Shown: positions 29,859 through 39,051 of the stretch, piece after piece
Numbering within the stretch: position 1 is the first letter of the stretch
Layout: every line of letters begins with the position of its first letter
Assembly (NCBI GenBank): GCA_964012435.1
Contig: CAXGSM010000012.1
Span: forward strand, 1 to 46,510
Direction of reading: 5' to 3'
From: an uncultured bacterium
Lineage (GTDB): Bacteria > UBP7 > UBA6624
Length of the DNA: 46,510 nucleotides
Notes under the pieces: model-generated
Seen by the model: the letters and a program-made list of their open reading frames with translations, nothing else
What the model was told of the DNA's origin: nothing
The model's database searches: none
Made by a program: the position numbers and the translations under genes

Positions 29859-31054
29859 CTCAAAACCTCTATTTCAGAATTCCTGCTGAATTCATCTATT
29901 TCTGCAGGTAAACGAATCAGAAATTCTGTGTCTGATAATCCCGAAACACGATGGCTACCATTGGGTTGAACATTGATTGCTTTAGCTGGGTTACGAGAAG
30001 CGAATCTTCCAGGTAAAAATCCTTCTTTTTTCGATTTCCAAACCAATGCTTCATCCAGCATTACATTAGTGTGTAAGGGTCTATACCTCTTTGCGCCAAC
30101 CATTAATCTCATAATCTGTATTCCCAAAAGTTCAAAAACAACCAATGAACTTAATGGATTTCCAGAAATCCCTAAACCAACTGGACCTTCTGAAAAAGAT
30201 GTTAAGAAACTAGGACCACCGGGTTGCATTGCAATTTTGTCAAAAATAACCTCACCGCCATTTTCAACAAAAGCCTCTTTCGCATAATCTCTGTCACCAT
30301 CCGCAGCGCCACCTAAGGTAACTATAAGATCCGCTTTGTTTTTAGCTTCGGAAACGGCTTTAGAAAGAGACTTGAGATCATCTTTGATCAATTCAGAATA
30401 AACAACATTTCCGCCTTGCTCTTTAACAATTTGACCAATAGCTTGAAGATTTCCACACTTCACACCTTGTTTATTTGAACCTGGCAAAACCAATTCGTTT
30501 CCGTTAGCAATTAAAGCAACCCTTGGCATCTTAGAAACCTCAATAGATTCAACATCACAAGAAATTAAAGCTTGTATGGCCCAATAACTTAAACGGCAGC
30601 CTTTCAAGACAATCAGGTCACCTATAGTTACATCCTCTCCTTTAACCCTGAAAAACTCTCCTCTTTTTGGGCATTCTGAAAAAGCCACCCTGCCATCTTC
30701 TTCTTTTACTACTTTTTCCCATGGAACAATCGCGGTAGCACCTCTAGGGATCTGTGCTCCTGTTGCAACCCAAGCGCAAACATCACCATCAAGAGACTTT
30801 CTGTCATCTTCAGCATATGTTGGATCACCAGTTTGCAAGATTATCGGTTCATTTCTAGTGGCATCAACAAGTAACTGATGGTCAACAGCCCAGCCATCCA
30901 TTGCACTCACGGTTTCTTTTGGATTATCGCATTTTGACGCAGTAGAGCTTGATAGCCATCTATCATTTGCTTCAGTAATATTTACTTTTTCTAAACCTAA
31001 CGGTTTAACAATTTTGTCAATTAAATCTTGTGCTTCGTTAAAAAGTACACTCAT
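29846..31054 (-). CDS. moeA: Molybdopterin molybdenumtransferase
   Basis: SAMDGWA, TGAQIPRGA, GEDV, GNEL, GNP; start 31054 overlaps mobA stop (ATGA). Confidence 0.88.
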   Translation of the reverse strand: MSVLFNEAQDLIDKIVKPLGLEKVNITEANDRWLSSSTASKCDNPKETVSAMDGWAVDHQLLVDATRNEPIILQTGDPTYAEDDRKSLDGDVCAWVATGAQIPRGATAIVPWEKVVKEEDGRVAFSECPKRGEFFRVKGEDVTIGDLIVLKGCRLSYWAIQALISCDVESIEVSKMPRVALIANGNELVLPGSNKQGVKCGNLQAIGQIVKEQGGNVVYSELIKDDLKSLSKAVSEAKNKADLIVTLGGAADGDRDYAKEAFVENGGEVIFDKIAMQPGGPSFLTSFSEGPVGLGISGNPLSSLVVFELLGIQIMRLMVGAKRYRPLHTNVMLDEALVWKSKKEGFLPGRFASRNPAKAINVQPNGSHRVSGLSDTEFLIRLPAEIDEFSRNSEIEVLSWDK

Positions 31055-31662
31055 TTCATCTTCCCCCATTCTTGCATTAGAAAATCTAAATCATGAACAT
31101 CGTTATTATTGTGAAAACATATTTTTGGAATTCCCCTGGAGGTAAAATGACTTTCTTCAACAAGTTGCACTTTAATCCTGTCAAGAAAACCCCAAAGTTT
31201 CCTCCTCAAGTTTGATTCAGTTGTTCTATCAAGGTATTTTGGTACGTCTTTATGTATTGATGTTCTGTACAAGGATAAAGTTGGTTGCGGAAAACCTAAA
31301 GCATGCGGCATCAAACAATCAGTTTTACCATCTGCAATCTCCCATAACATACCAGGCAAATCCTTATGGACTGTAGGAACATCACAACAACCACAAAACG
31401 CCCAAGCAGTTTTGCATGCCTTCAAGCCTGTATATAAGCCAGAAAGAATACCTTCTCCCGGAAGTTCGTCATTAACAATCTCCCAATCAGAAAATTTCTC
31501 TGGGGATGGTGGTGCGCCTACGATAAATACCCTTTCAGCAGATTCAGATAATGTTTGTAGAGTTTTTGTTAAGAAATTAACTCCATCAATTTCCAATAAT
31601 GCTTTGGGTGTTCCCATTCTTGTACTTTTACCACCAGCTAAAACAAAAGCTTCTGATATCAT
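31051..31662 (-). CDS. mobA: Molybdenum cofactor guanylyltransferase
   Basis: LAGGKSTRMG.PKALL, CDVP, C-terminal NNND; adjacent to moeA. Confidence 0.9.
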   Translation of the reverse strand: MISEAFVLAGGKSTRMGTPKALLEIDGVNFLTKTLQTLSESAERVFIVGAPPSPEKFSDWEIVNDELPGEGILSGLYTGLKACKTAWAFCGCCDVPTVHKDLPGMLWEIADGKTDCLMPHALGFPQPTLSLYRTSIHKDVPKYLDRTTESNLRRKLWGFLDRIKVQLVEESHFTSRGIPKICFHNNNDVHDLDFLMQEWGKMK

Positions 31663-32603
31663 CTACCCAACCTCTTCATCCTTCTAGCTCTTCGTGCCTC
31701 TCCCTGGAAAAATCTTCTCTTTTCGTCTTCTGTGATTGGTTCAAAAGGTTCAACAGGTGTTGGTTTCCCTTTTTCATCTATCGCAACAAAAGTTGCATAT
31801 GCTGTACAAACTCTTTTCATTTTTGATTTATATGGATCAAAAGCCGTTACCCTTATGCCTATCTCCATTGAGCTTTTACTTACATGGTTTAAGGCGGCAC
31901 GATATCTCATATGTTCATGAATCAATATCGGAGAATGAAAATCAACAGCATCTAAGCTGGCTGTTACAGCTGGCATTTTGCAATACCTATGACAGGCAAG
32001 AGCGGCAATCTCATCTACACACAACATAACCTCTCCGGCAAAAACCTTATCTGCTAAAAGCATGTCTGGTGTAACCATTCTCATTGCTTGTGCGATAGAG
32101 GGTGAACTGAAACCAGAAGTATCAGCCTGATCCTTTTTGTCAAATTCAGATAGACGTTCTAAACGCTTTGATCTTCGATCCAAGGCTGCTCTAAAACTTT
32201 CATGTTCATCATCTGTAGCAGGATCCACTGCTGCAACCTTTGTAGGTTTGCCATTTTCATCCAAAGCAATAAAGGTTAAATGGGCTCTACACGTTGTCAG
32301 CGGCTCTCTTCCAGCTCGATCAGTTTTTATGACTTCAACTCGAACCTCCATAGAGCTACCAAAAGTTGCTTGAACCCTTGATCGGAATGCAACCCTGTCA
32401 CCAAGTGCAACACCTGCCAAAATGTCTATGTCCTCCATTGCTCCAAGAACTACAGAACCCTTGTGATGGTTACTTGCGGTCAGGGTTCCCGCCTCACAGA
32501 TCCAATACATCAGCCTTCCACCATAAAGACGACTTGCTGGATTCACATGCTGAGGGAACACGATTCTTAAAAGTTCCATTGATGTTGAGCTTGGTTTTAT
32601 CAC
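31659..32603 (-). CDS. Tandem hotdog acyl-CoA thioesterase
   Basis: Two YciA-like repeats: YGGRLM...SSMEV...TFIALDENGKP and FAGEVM...SSMEI...TFVAIDEKGKP. Confidence 0.88.
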   Translation of the reverse strand: MIKPSSTSMELLRIVFPQHVNPASRLYGGRLMYWICEAGTLTASNHHKGSVVLGAMEDIDILAGVALGDRVAFRSRVQATFGSSMEVRVEVIKTDRAGREPLTTCRAHLTFIALDENGKPTKVAAVDPATDDEHESFRAALDRRSKRLERLSEFDKKDQADTSGFSSPSIAQAMRMVTPDMLLADKVFAGEVMLCVDEIAALACHRYCKMPAVTASLDAVDFHSPILIHEHMRYRAALNHVSKSSMEIGIRVTAFDPYKSKMKRVCTAYATFVAIDEKGKPTPVEPFEPITEDEKRRFFQGEARRARRMKRLGR

Positions 32604-32644
32604 TTTTATAAATTTTAGTCGTTTAAAAAAATAAAATAACCAAT

Positions 32645-33547
32645 ATGGTCTTAATTGAACGTTCGAATCAGATAAATTTCACATTAAATGAAATTCCGGA
32701 AATCAATTTTTTCAAAAACATACTCATGGTCTCTCCGGAAAATTTTGAGATTCAATATGCAATTAATCCATTTATGAGAGATTCTGCGGGCAACCTGAAA
32801 AAAATTGATAAAAGAAAAGCCAAAAGCCAATGGAGCAACCTTTTGCAAACTTTCACCGATCTAAACCTTTCGGTAACAAAATTCAAGCCTGAAGAAAAAC
32901 TTCCTGATATTGTTTTCTGTGCCAACCAATTTTTTCCAATCCCTAATGAAATCAGCATCAATAAAGAGAATTTCCTGGAGGGAAAAATGTTTGCCGAAGA
33001 GAGGAAGGCGGAAGTTGCGTTGCTTAAAAATCAATTTGAAAACTTAGGTTACAACTTTGGTCAACTTTCAAGAAAAGTAACGAAGTTTGAAGGAACTGGT
33101 GATGGCATATGGCATCCTGGCAAAAAACTATTATGGGGTGGAATTGGAGCAAGAACAGACATAATGGCATGGCAAGAAATAAGCGAAAAATACGATATTG
33201 ATGTAATTGCCTTAAACCTGAAGCATAAAACTTTTTACCACCTTGATACATGTTTGTGCATACTGAATCCAACAACCTGCCTTTGGAATCCTGATGCTTT
33301 TGACAAAAATGGCCAAGAGTTGATAAGAAAAATATTTGATCTACCGATAGAAGCAGATAAGAATGAAGCTGAAAGCATGATGGCCTGCAATGCCTTTTGC
33401 CCAGATGGAAAAAACGTCATCATTCAACAAGGATGCCTAAAAACCAAATCAAAATTGGAGCAAGTTGGCTTCAATGTGATTGAGGTGGATACTTCTGAGT
33501 TCATAAAAGCCGGCGGCTCTGTTTTCTGCCTGAAGCTGTTTTTTTAA
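32645..33547 (+). CDS. Amidinotransferase / dimethylarginine dimethylaminohydrolase family (pentein) hydrolase
   Basis: YAINPFM, PDIVFCAN, FEGTGD, YHLDT, SEFIKAGGSVFC. Confidence 0.9.
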   Translation: MVLIERSNQINFTLNEIPEINFFKNILMVSPENFEIQYAINPFMRDSAGNLKKIDKRKAKSQWSNLLQTFTDLNLSVTKFKPEEKLPDIVFCANQFFPIPNEISINKENFLEGKMFAEERKAEVALLKNQFENLGYNFGQLSRKVTKFEGTGDGIWHPGKKLLWGGIGARTDIMAWQEISEKYDIDVIALNLKHKTFYHLDTCLCILNPTTCLWNPDAFDKNGQELIRKIFDLPIEADKNEAESMMACNAFCPDGKNVIIQQGCLKTKSKLEQVGFNVIEVDTSEFIKAGGSVFCLKLFF

Positions 33548-33556
33548 ATCGATATC

Positions 33557-34192
33557 TTATTTTATTTCTTCACCATCACAAAATAACCTCAATGGTATCA
33601 GGTTGCCGTCATCTAGAACACTTAACTCAACAGACATTGGCAATGGCTCTATCTCCCAAAAATAGGAACTTGTATCCGTATCCCATGAACGCTCTCCGAG
33701 GCATTCTGTCAAACGTTCAATGCTTTCCTCAGAGAGGAAAATATTACCGACTTCATAACGGACATTAAAAAAGTCTGAATTATTTTCATAATCCTCATAA
33801 CTATACGGGTTCATATCCCATTCCGACTTCAAAAACAAACCCTCATTTGGCTTTGAGAAAGAAGCTGAGGAGACACTCCAGACTGAATCATCTTCTGTGA
33901 TGGTTACAAAAATATTCTGTAAACCAACCGCTGCAAGATCATCCTCCAAATATTCGAATGGAGCTAGATCCTCTTTGATTAAATCATTTGATATCTTTGT
34001 CATAGCAGAATCAAGAGAGGGTTCGAAAATCCAACCTCGAAAAACAGTATTAAAAGGATAACCTGACTGCATGGGGTCAATGTTGAATAGAACAACTGTC
34101 CCTGAGTTTGCTCGAATGCTGCTAAAAAATGCCAAGCCTGTTATCAGCAAAACCTGAACAAGGGATGCAATTAAAAAATTTCTCCTAATCAT
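33557..34192 (-). CDS. Membrane-anchored protein, divergent GDYXXLXY-like partner of DUF2157
   Basis: N-terminal TM helix, G..V....IDP and VRY segments, overlaps the DUF2157 gene end; GDY motif itself not intact. Confidence 0.55.
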   Translation of the reverse strand: MIRRNFLIASLVQVLLITGLAFFSSIRANSGTVVLFNIDPMQSGYPFNTVFRGWIFEPSLDSAMTKISNDLIKEDLAPFEYLEDDLAAVGLQNIFVTITEDDSVWSVSSASFSKPNEGLFLKSEWDMNPYSYEDYENNSDFFNVRYEVGNIFLSEESIERLTECLGERSWDTDTSSYFWEIEPLPMSVELSVLDDGNLIPLRLFCDGEEIK

Positions 34193-35537
34193 CTTTTGCC
34201 CCCGCATCAAATATTTTTTTGCTCTGCTTTTCGATAAAGACACCTCCCCAAATCAGTAAAGCTCCACCCAAAACAAATAAGAATGCTTGATTGAGGAGAG
34301 TTGAAAATATATCAAAGAAACGCAACAAGATAAAGAATTTGAAAAACCACAAGGTCCATTTGAACAATCTCCAGTTTCTGCTAATGCTTGAAATGTAAAG
34401 AAAGGCAATAAGCTCAAAAAGAAGAATCAGGTTCATGAAAACTGAAATCACCATTGGATTGCTGTAAGAGAGGAATGGCAAGAGTATATTGATTAAAGAG
34501 ATTGCAATAAAAAGCTTCGAAACAAGCTTTTTCCTCTTGCTTGACGATCTTAAGCCATCCAAGGAAATGGTTATGACAAATGCTGAAATGGCGATAAAAG
34601 GCAATGCCTCAATTGGATATCCTGGAATTGGCATTCGGAAACCATCTTCATTTGCGAAATTATGAAAAAAGGTGAATGGAATTTGGGTAAAGTAAAGAAA
34701 AATAACTCCTAATATACTGAAAGGATAAGCTGCCCATTCTTTAACTCTCCTAATTGCAAGAATAGAAAGAAGAATTCCGAAAGAAACATAAAGGCTCACA
34801 AAACTCAATGCATCAGCTACACCGAAATCCAATCTGGGAAGAATAAGAAAAAGATTAACATCCTTTTCTGAATGAGGAATAGCCAACATTCTTAGTTGCA
34901 AAAGGAAAAGCCAAAGAGAAGTTCCAAACAAAGAAAAAACTAAAGCAGGATTGTTTTTATCCCTAAATATCAACTTCAAAAAAGAAAATGCCAACAATCC
35001 ATAAGCAGCAATATCAATCCAAGATATCGAAGTCTGAAATATCCATATTGTCAAGAGTATGCTTGCCAAAATAAGAACCCATAACAGCTTGAAAAACCTC
35101 ATAAATAAAAAAAGCCCAGCAATCCAAATCAATAATTCTTGGCCATTATCAAAAGAAACATTGAAGGTTTGAAGGATCAGATTGACACCAGCTCCAAAAG
35201 AAAGAGCCCCCATGAGAAAAAAAGTTTGGGAAAGGTTTCTTCTATTTGGTGCTTGATAAAAATGATATCCAAGATAATTAAAACCAGATACAAAAATAAG
35301 GATTATTAAGGTTTTTATACCTGAGGAGAAACCCTGCCAGTTTGAAGCCATTGCCAAAATCAAACCCAAACCCACCAGGACTCCACCAAAAACCAATAAT
35401 GCACTAATAAAACTAGTCATTTTCGCATTTTCTTTTGAGTACCTGGAACTTATTAGATTTGCTTGATCTTCTGAAATGATCCCTTCTTTAACCCAGGATT
35501 TCAATTGGTCAAGCAGCCATTTAATGTTATTCATCAT
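34185..35537 (-). CDS. DUF2157 family multi-pass membrane protein
   Basis: WVKEGIISEDQA..I..RY, ASNW, GAGVNLILQTF; many TM helices. Confidence 0.82.
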   Translation of the reverse strand: MMNNIKWLLDQLKSWVKEGIISEDQANLISSRYSKENAKMTSFISALLVFGGVLVGLGLILAMASNWQGFSSGIKTLIILIFVSGFNYLGYHFYQAPNRRNLSQTFFLMGALSFGAGVNLILQTFNVSFDNGQELLIWIAGLFLFMRFFKLLWVLILASILLTIWIFQTSISWIDIAAYGLLAFSFLKLIFRDKNNPALVFSLFGTSLWLFLLQLRMLAIPHSEKDVNLFLILPRLDFGVADALSFVSLYVSFGILLSILAIRRVKEWAAYPFSILGVIFLYFTQIPFTFFHNFANEDGFRMPIPGYPIEALPFIAISAFVITISLDGLRSSSKRKKLVSKLFIAISLINILLPFLSYSNPMVISVFMNLILLFELIAFLYISSISRNWRLFKWTLWFFKFFILLRFFDIFSTLLNQAFLFVLGGALLIWGGVFIEKQSKKIFDAGAKDD

Positions 35538-35573
35538 CTTTGCCCCATAGGGGAGAAAATATCCAATAAACAA

Positions 35574-35601
35574 ATCCTATAGTCAGAAGTCCGGCGATCA
35601 A
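35574..35601 (-). promoter_or_regulatory. Possible sigma70 promoter for the DUF2157 pair
   Basis: Minus strand TTGATC-N16-TAGGAT between ccmH and DUF2157. Confidence 0.35.
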
Positions 35602-35615
35602 AGGTTGGTAATCAG

Positions 35616-35972
35616 TCATTCTTTTACCTTGTTTTTTGATAATTTTCGTAAAAAGAAAAAACCACCTACACAAAAGGCAAAGGGCAAATACCAAATAATC
35701 TGGTGTATTCCTTTTTTAGGAGGCTCAAAAACGATCCAATCCCCATACCTTTCAATTAAATAATCTCTAATTTCAGAATCTGTCTTTCCCTCTAAAACCA
35801 TATCGAGTATCACTTCGTAGATCTCATTACTGATTGGTGTGTCAGAGTCAGCAATGCTGACAAATTTACAGGTTGGACATCTAAAACTTTCAGCTATAGA
35901 AAGAGCTCTGTTCTCCTCCTCTTGTGTCGGGTTCAAAGCAAGAACTAGACTAATGGCTAATAAAAATTTAAT
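35616..35972 (-). CDS. ccmH: Cytochrome c biogenesis protein CcmH (N-terminal CXXC part); start uncertain (ATT 35972 or TTG 35936)
   Basis: FRCPTC, SIADS, YLIERYGDW...PP, C-terminal TM helix; in-frame signal peptide upstream of the first TTG. Confidence 0.88.
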   Translation of the reverse strand: MKFLLAISLVLALNPTQEEENRALSIAESFRCPTCKFVSIADSDTPISNEIYEVILDMVLEGKTDSEIRDYLIERYGDWIVFEPPKKGIHQIIWYLPFAFCVGGFFFLRKLSKNKVKE

Positions 35973-36558
35973 TTTCTTCCCCGATAATCAAATTAATATT
36001 TTCCAATAAACTTTCCTCAGTTAATAAACCGATAATTTTTGCTCTAACTATACCTTTTGAATCAATAAAGAAAGTTTCGGGAGCGCCGGTAACACCCCAA
36101 TCAACCAATGCTTTTCCATCCATATCAATCCAATTTGGATACTTTAAACCAAAAATATCTATCATCTCTTGAGCATCCTCTGCAGTATCATCAAAAGCAA
36201 CCCCGATCAAAACAGGGCACTGGCCAGGAGATTGACTTTCACACTGGGTCCACAAGGTGCTCCACTTCTTCAATAATGGGAATTCTTCTCTGCATGGGGG
36301 GCACCAACTACCCCACCAATTGACTATAGTTACTGGTGGCCAATCTTCATCTTCATAATCTAAAAAGTATTCATCGTATGCCTCTTCAAGATTGACTAAA
36401 GTTTGTTGGGTTGGAGCCTTTTTGCCCTGCAGGGAGAAATCTGACACAACCTCATCTGAAGAATTTTTCTCAAGAATGGATAAACCTTTCGCCAGCACAA
36501 AAACAAAACAGTAAATGAAAAAAAGAACTTTAATGAATCTTGAATACTGAACCCTCAT
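35968..36558 (-). CDS. ccmG: Thiol:disulfide oxidoreductase CcmG/TlpA
   Basis: NWWGSWCPPCREE, GVTGAPETFFID; between ccmF and ccmH. Confidence 0.9.
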   Translation of the reverse strand: MRVQYSRFIKVLFFIYCFVFVLAKGLSILEKNSSDEVVSDFSLQGKKAPTQQTLVNLEEAYDEYFLDYEDEDWPPVTIVNWWGSWCPPCREEFPLLKKWSTLWTQCESQSPGQCPVLIGVAFDDTAEDAQEMIDIFGLKYPNWIDMDGKALVDWGVTGAPETFFIDSKGIVRAKIIGLLTEESLLENINLIIGEEN

Positions 36559-38483
36559 CGCCTCTCACTCCCAATAATAACCAAAAAACCCAAAATAGAA
36601 ACAACTCCACCAATCCAAATAAATTTTAAAAATGGCTGAATCGTCACCCTGTATCTAACTTTGGAATCATTAATAATTTCAGACATAGATAAAGTGATAT
36701 CTCTCTTCCAGTTTGACTTAAGGCCCATTTCGGTGGTTGGTGACCAATTGGGACCATAATCTCTTTTCTCCGGAGAAAGGATTTTTGTGCCATTGTCTGA
36801 AGAAACCTTAACTGATGTCCCAAAAGAAGAATAATTTTCACCATTAATAACCTGTAGCCCATTTGCATCTTGGATCAATTCAACATCATAATCATCTAAA
36901 ACAAATGGTATTTCATTTTCCAGAATTGCATCAGTTTGAAATTTGTGCTCAACGCTTGCGGTAGCCCCTATAGCCAAAAACAAAACTCCAACATGCACGA
37001 TTAGCCCTCCATGATAACTATTCATAAAACGACCCTTTTTAGAATCCAAAAATTCTTTACAGGTTGGCAAAAGAGTAAACCCAAGCAAAAAGGTAGTTAA
37101 AAAATGTTCCCATGAACTGTCAAACCAAGGTAAGCCTATGGAGGATCTAATGTAGCTGAAAAACAAGAAAGACAGCAAACCTCCAATAATGCCTATTTTT
37201 AAATAATTTTTAAATTTCTTGCCTATTTTTCTTTTCCATGAAAGCCATGGAGCAACTGAAAGCAAGATTAAAGCTGGCATTGATATCGGTGGTATTGTTT
37301 TTTCGAAATATGGAGCTCCAACACTAACCTTTTCACCTGTTGATATTTCTGAAAATATTGGCCATGTGGTTCCAAAAAAGACAGCAACAAACATTCCTAG
37401 AAACAATAAATTATTGAAAAGTATTGCATTTTCCTTTGAGGCAGATTCTTTTAAATTACTGTTATCTTTGAGTGAGTCCCAATTAAAGCCTAAAAAGCCA
37501 AAAGCAAAAAGTAAATAAACTGTTATATACCCTAAGAACCAATAACCAAGATCGCTTTCTGAAAAAGCATGGACGCTTGTGATGATTCCGCTTCGCGTAA
37601 TAAATGTCCCGACAAGCGTCATTCCGTAAGCGGCAAGAATAAGAAACAAATTCCATCTATTGAATAATTTTCTTGCCCTGAAAGCTAAAGCACTGTGAGC
37701 AAAAGCCGTTAGAAGCAACCATGGCATAAGGCTAGCATTTTCCACGGGATCCCAAAACCACCAACCGCCCCAGCCTAATTCATGATAAGCCCACCATGAT
37801 CCAACCAAAATTCCTGTTGTTAAAAAAAACCACGCATAGTTTGTCCAATAACGAGACAACTGAATCCATTCCTCATTTTTATTTAACAAATGTGTAATTG
37901 CATAAGAAGCCGGTATTGTTATGCCAGTGAAACCAAGATAAAGCAAAGGTGGATGGATCGCCATTCCTGGATCTTGTAATAGCGGATTCATTCCAATGCC
38001 ATCTAAAGGAATAGTAAAGCGATCATCAAAAGAAGCCAAAGGATTTGCAAACTTTAACATTAGACCGGAAAAGAAACAAAGTGTTGCTGAAGGGAGAAGT
38101 AAAAATGATGTCAGAATTGAACCGCGAAGCTTGTCTTTAGATATTGCCAAAAAAGCAAATAAACAAATTAAAAATGCCCATAACAATAAGCCTCCTTCGA
38201 GGCTCCCCCACCATGCTGAAAAAAGATACATGGTTGGTTGTGATTTTGATGACACGGTAGCTACATAACGGATAGAAAAATCATGCGTAAAAAGAGCATA
38301 TTGCAAGCCAAAAACAGTCAATAATGAACCTATACATGATGTTAAAAACGATCTTTTTGCGACAGAGGACCATGTAGATTTTGATTTAAGATCGAGAACT
38401 GAAAACACTAAGGCAAATAATGCCCCTAAACAAAGAGCCCATAGACCAAATCTTCCTAAAAAAACTGGCCAACTGGCAATCAT
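36555..38483 (-). CDS. ccmF: Heme lyase subunit CcmF
   Basis: GMNPLLQ, HPPLLYLG, WAYHELGWGGWWFWDPVENAS, SVHAF. Confidence 0.97.
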   Translation of the reverse strand: MIASWPVFLGRFGLWALCLGALFALVFSVLDLKSKSTWSSVAKRSFLTSCIGSLLTVFGLQYALFTHDFSIRYVATVSSKSQPTMYLFSAWWGSLEGGLLLWAFLICLFAFLAISKDKLRGSILTSFLLLPSATLCFFSGLMLKFANPLASFDDRFTIPLDGIGMNPLLQDPGMAIHPPLLYLGFTGITIPASYAITHLLNKNEEWIQLSRYWTNYAWFFLTTGILVGSWWAYHELGWGGWWFWDPVENASLMPWLLLTAFAHSALAFRARKLFNRWNLFLILAAYGMTLVGTFITRSGIITSVHAFSESDLGYWFLGYITVYLLFAFGFLGFNWDSLKDNSNLKESASKENAILFNNLLFLGMFVAVFFGTTWPIFSEISTGEKVSVGAPYFEKTIPPISMPALILLSVAPWLSWKRKIGKKFKNYLKIGIIGGLLSFLFFSYIRSSIGLPWFDSSWEHFLTTFLLGFTLLPTCKEFLDSKKGRFMNSYHGGLIVHVGVLFLAIGATASVEHKFQTDAILENEIPFVLDDYDVELIQDANGLQVINGENYSSFGTSVKVSSDNGTKILSPEKRDYGPNWSPTTEMGLKSNWKRDITLSMSEIINDSKVRYRVTIQPFLKFIWIGGVVSILGFLVIIGSERR

Positions 38484-38956
38484 TCAAGCGTCCCGGAAGG
38501 TATACCTGAGCCAAATCTTTTCTTCATTTCCGTTTTATCAAGATGCTCTTTGGAATACTCCTCTCCATGTTTAACAAAAATATCATCGGCATAAAAAATC
38601 CACTCATCTGGAAAAAAATACCCGCCATCAACCTCACTTGGGAACATTCCTTCAGCAACTGCTCCTTGGCCTTCAGCAAACATGTCAGGCAAAATTCCCT
38701 CATATCGAACCCTAACAACACCTCTCTCATCATCGGTTAAAACAAAAAAAATGATTTCATCTTCAATAGATATAGAGTCTGGCTGAACAAAACCTCCAAT
38801 CCTGATCCTTGCATCTTGTTCCATTTCATCACTGATGATAGATTGTTCCACCTCTGTAGGAAAATAAAAAAACAAAGATGCATCTTGGATTCCAGAAAAA
38901 ACTAACCATAAAATAGCCAAAAAAGCCATTATTAATGAAATCATTGTTCTGTTCAT
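38480..38956 (-). CDS. ccmE: Heme chaperone CcmE (HxxxY type)
   Basis: IRIGGFV, YEGILPDMFAEGQGAVAEG, KHGEEY; ATG 38956 overlaps the ccmD stop (ATGA). Confidence 0.93.
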   Translation of the reverse strand: MNRTMISLIMAFLAILWLVFSGIQDASLFFYFPTEVEQSIISDEMEQDARIRIGGFVQPDSISIEDEIIFFVLTDDERGVVRVRYEGILPDMFAEGQGAVAEGMFPSEVDGGYFFPDEWIFYADDIFVKHGEEYSKEHLDKTEMKKRFGSGIPSGTLE

Positions 38957-39051
38957 GGTAGCGGGTTTTTTCCTTGCCTTTTCCAGAAAAGATAACATAT
39001 CACAACAACAATTGCATAACTCAAATAAATAGTTGGCAAATAATTATTCAT
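38953..39051 (-). CDS. ccmD: Heme exporter protein CcmD (32 aa, below the ORF-track cut-off)
   Basis: Read manually: MNNYLPTIYLSYAIVVVICYLFWKRQGKNPLP*; single TM helix with SY and basic tail; overlaps ccmC end and ccmE start. Confidence 0.8.
   Translation of the reverse strand: MNNYLPTIYLSYAIVVVICYLFWKRQGKNPLP

Noticed and set aside
35543..35553. CCCC-ATA-GGGG mini-hairpin over the DUF2157 SD
   Set aside because: A 4-bp stem with a 3-nt loop is too weak to support a regulatory claim.
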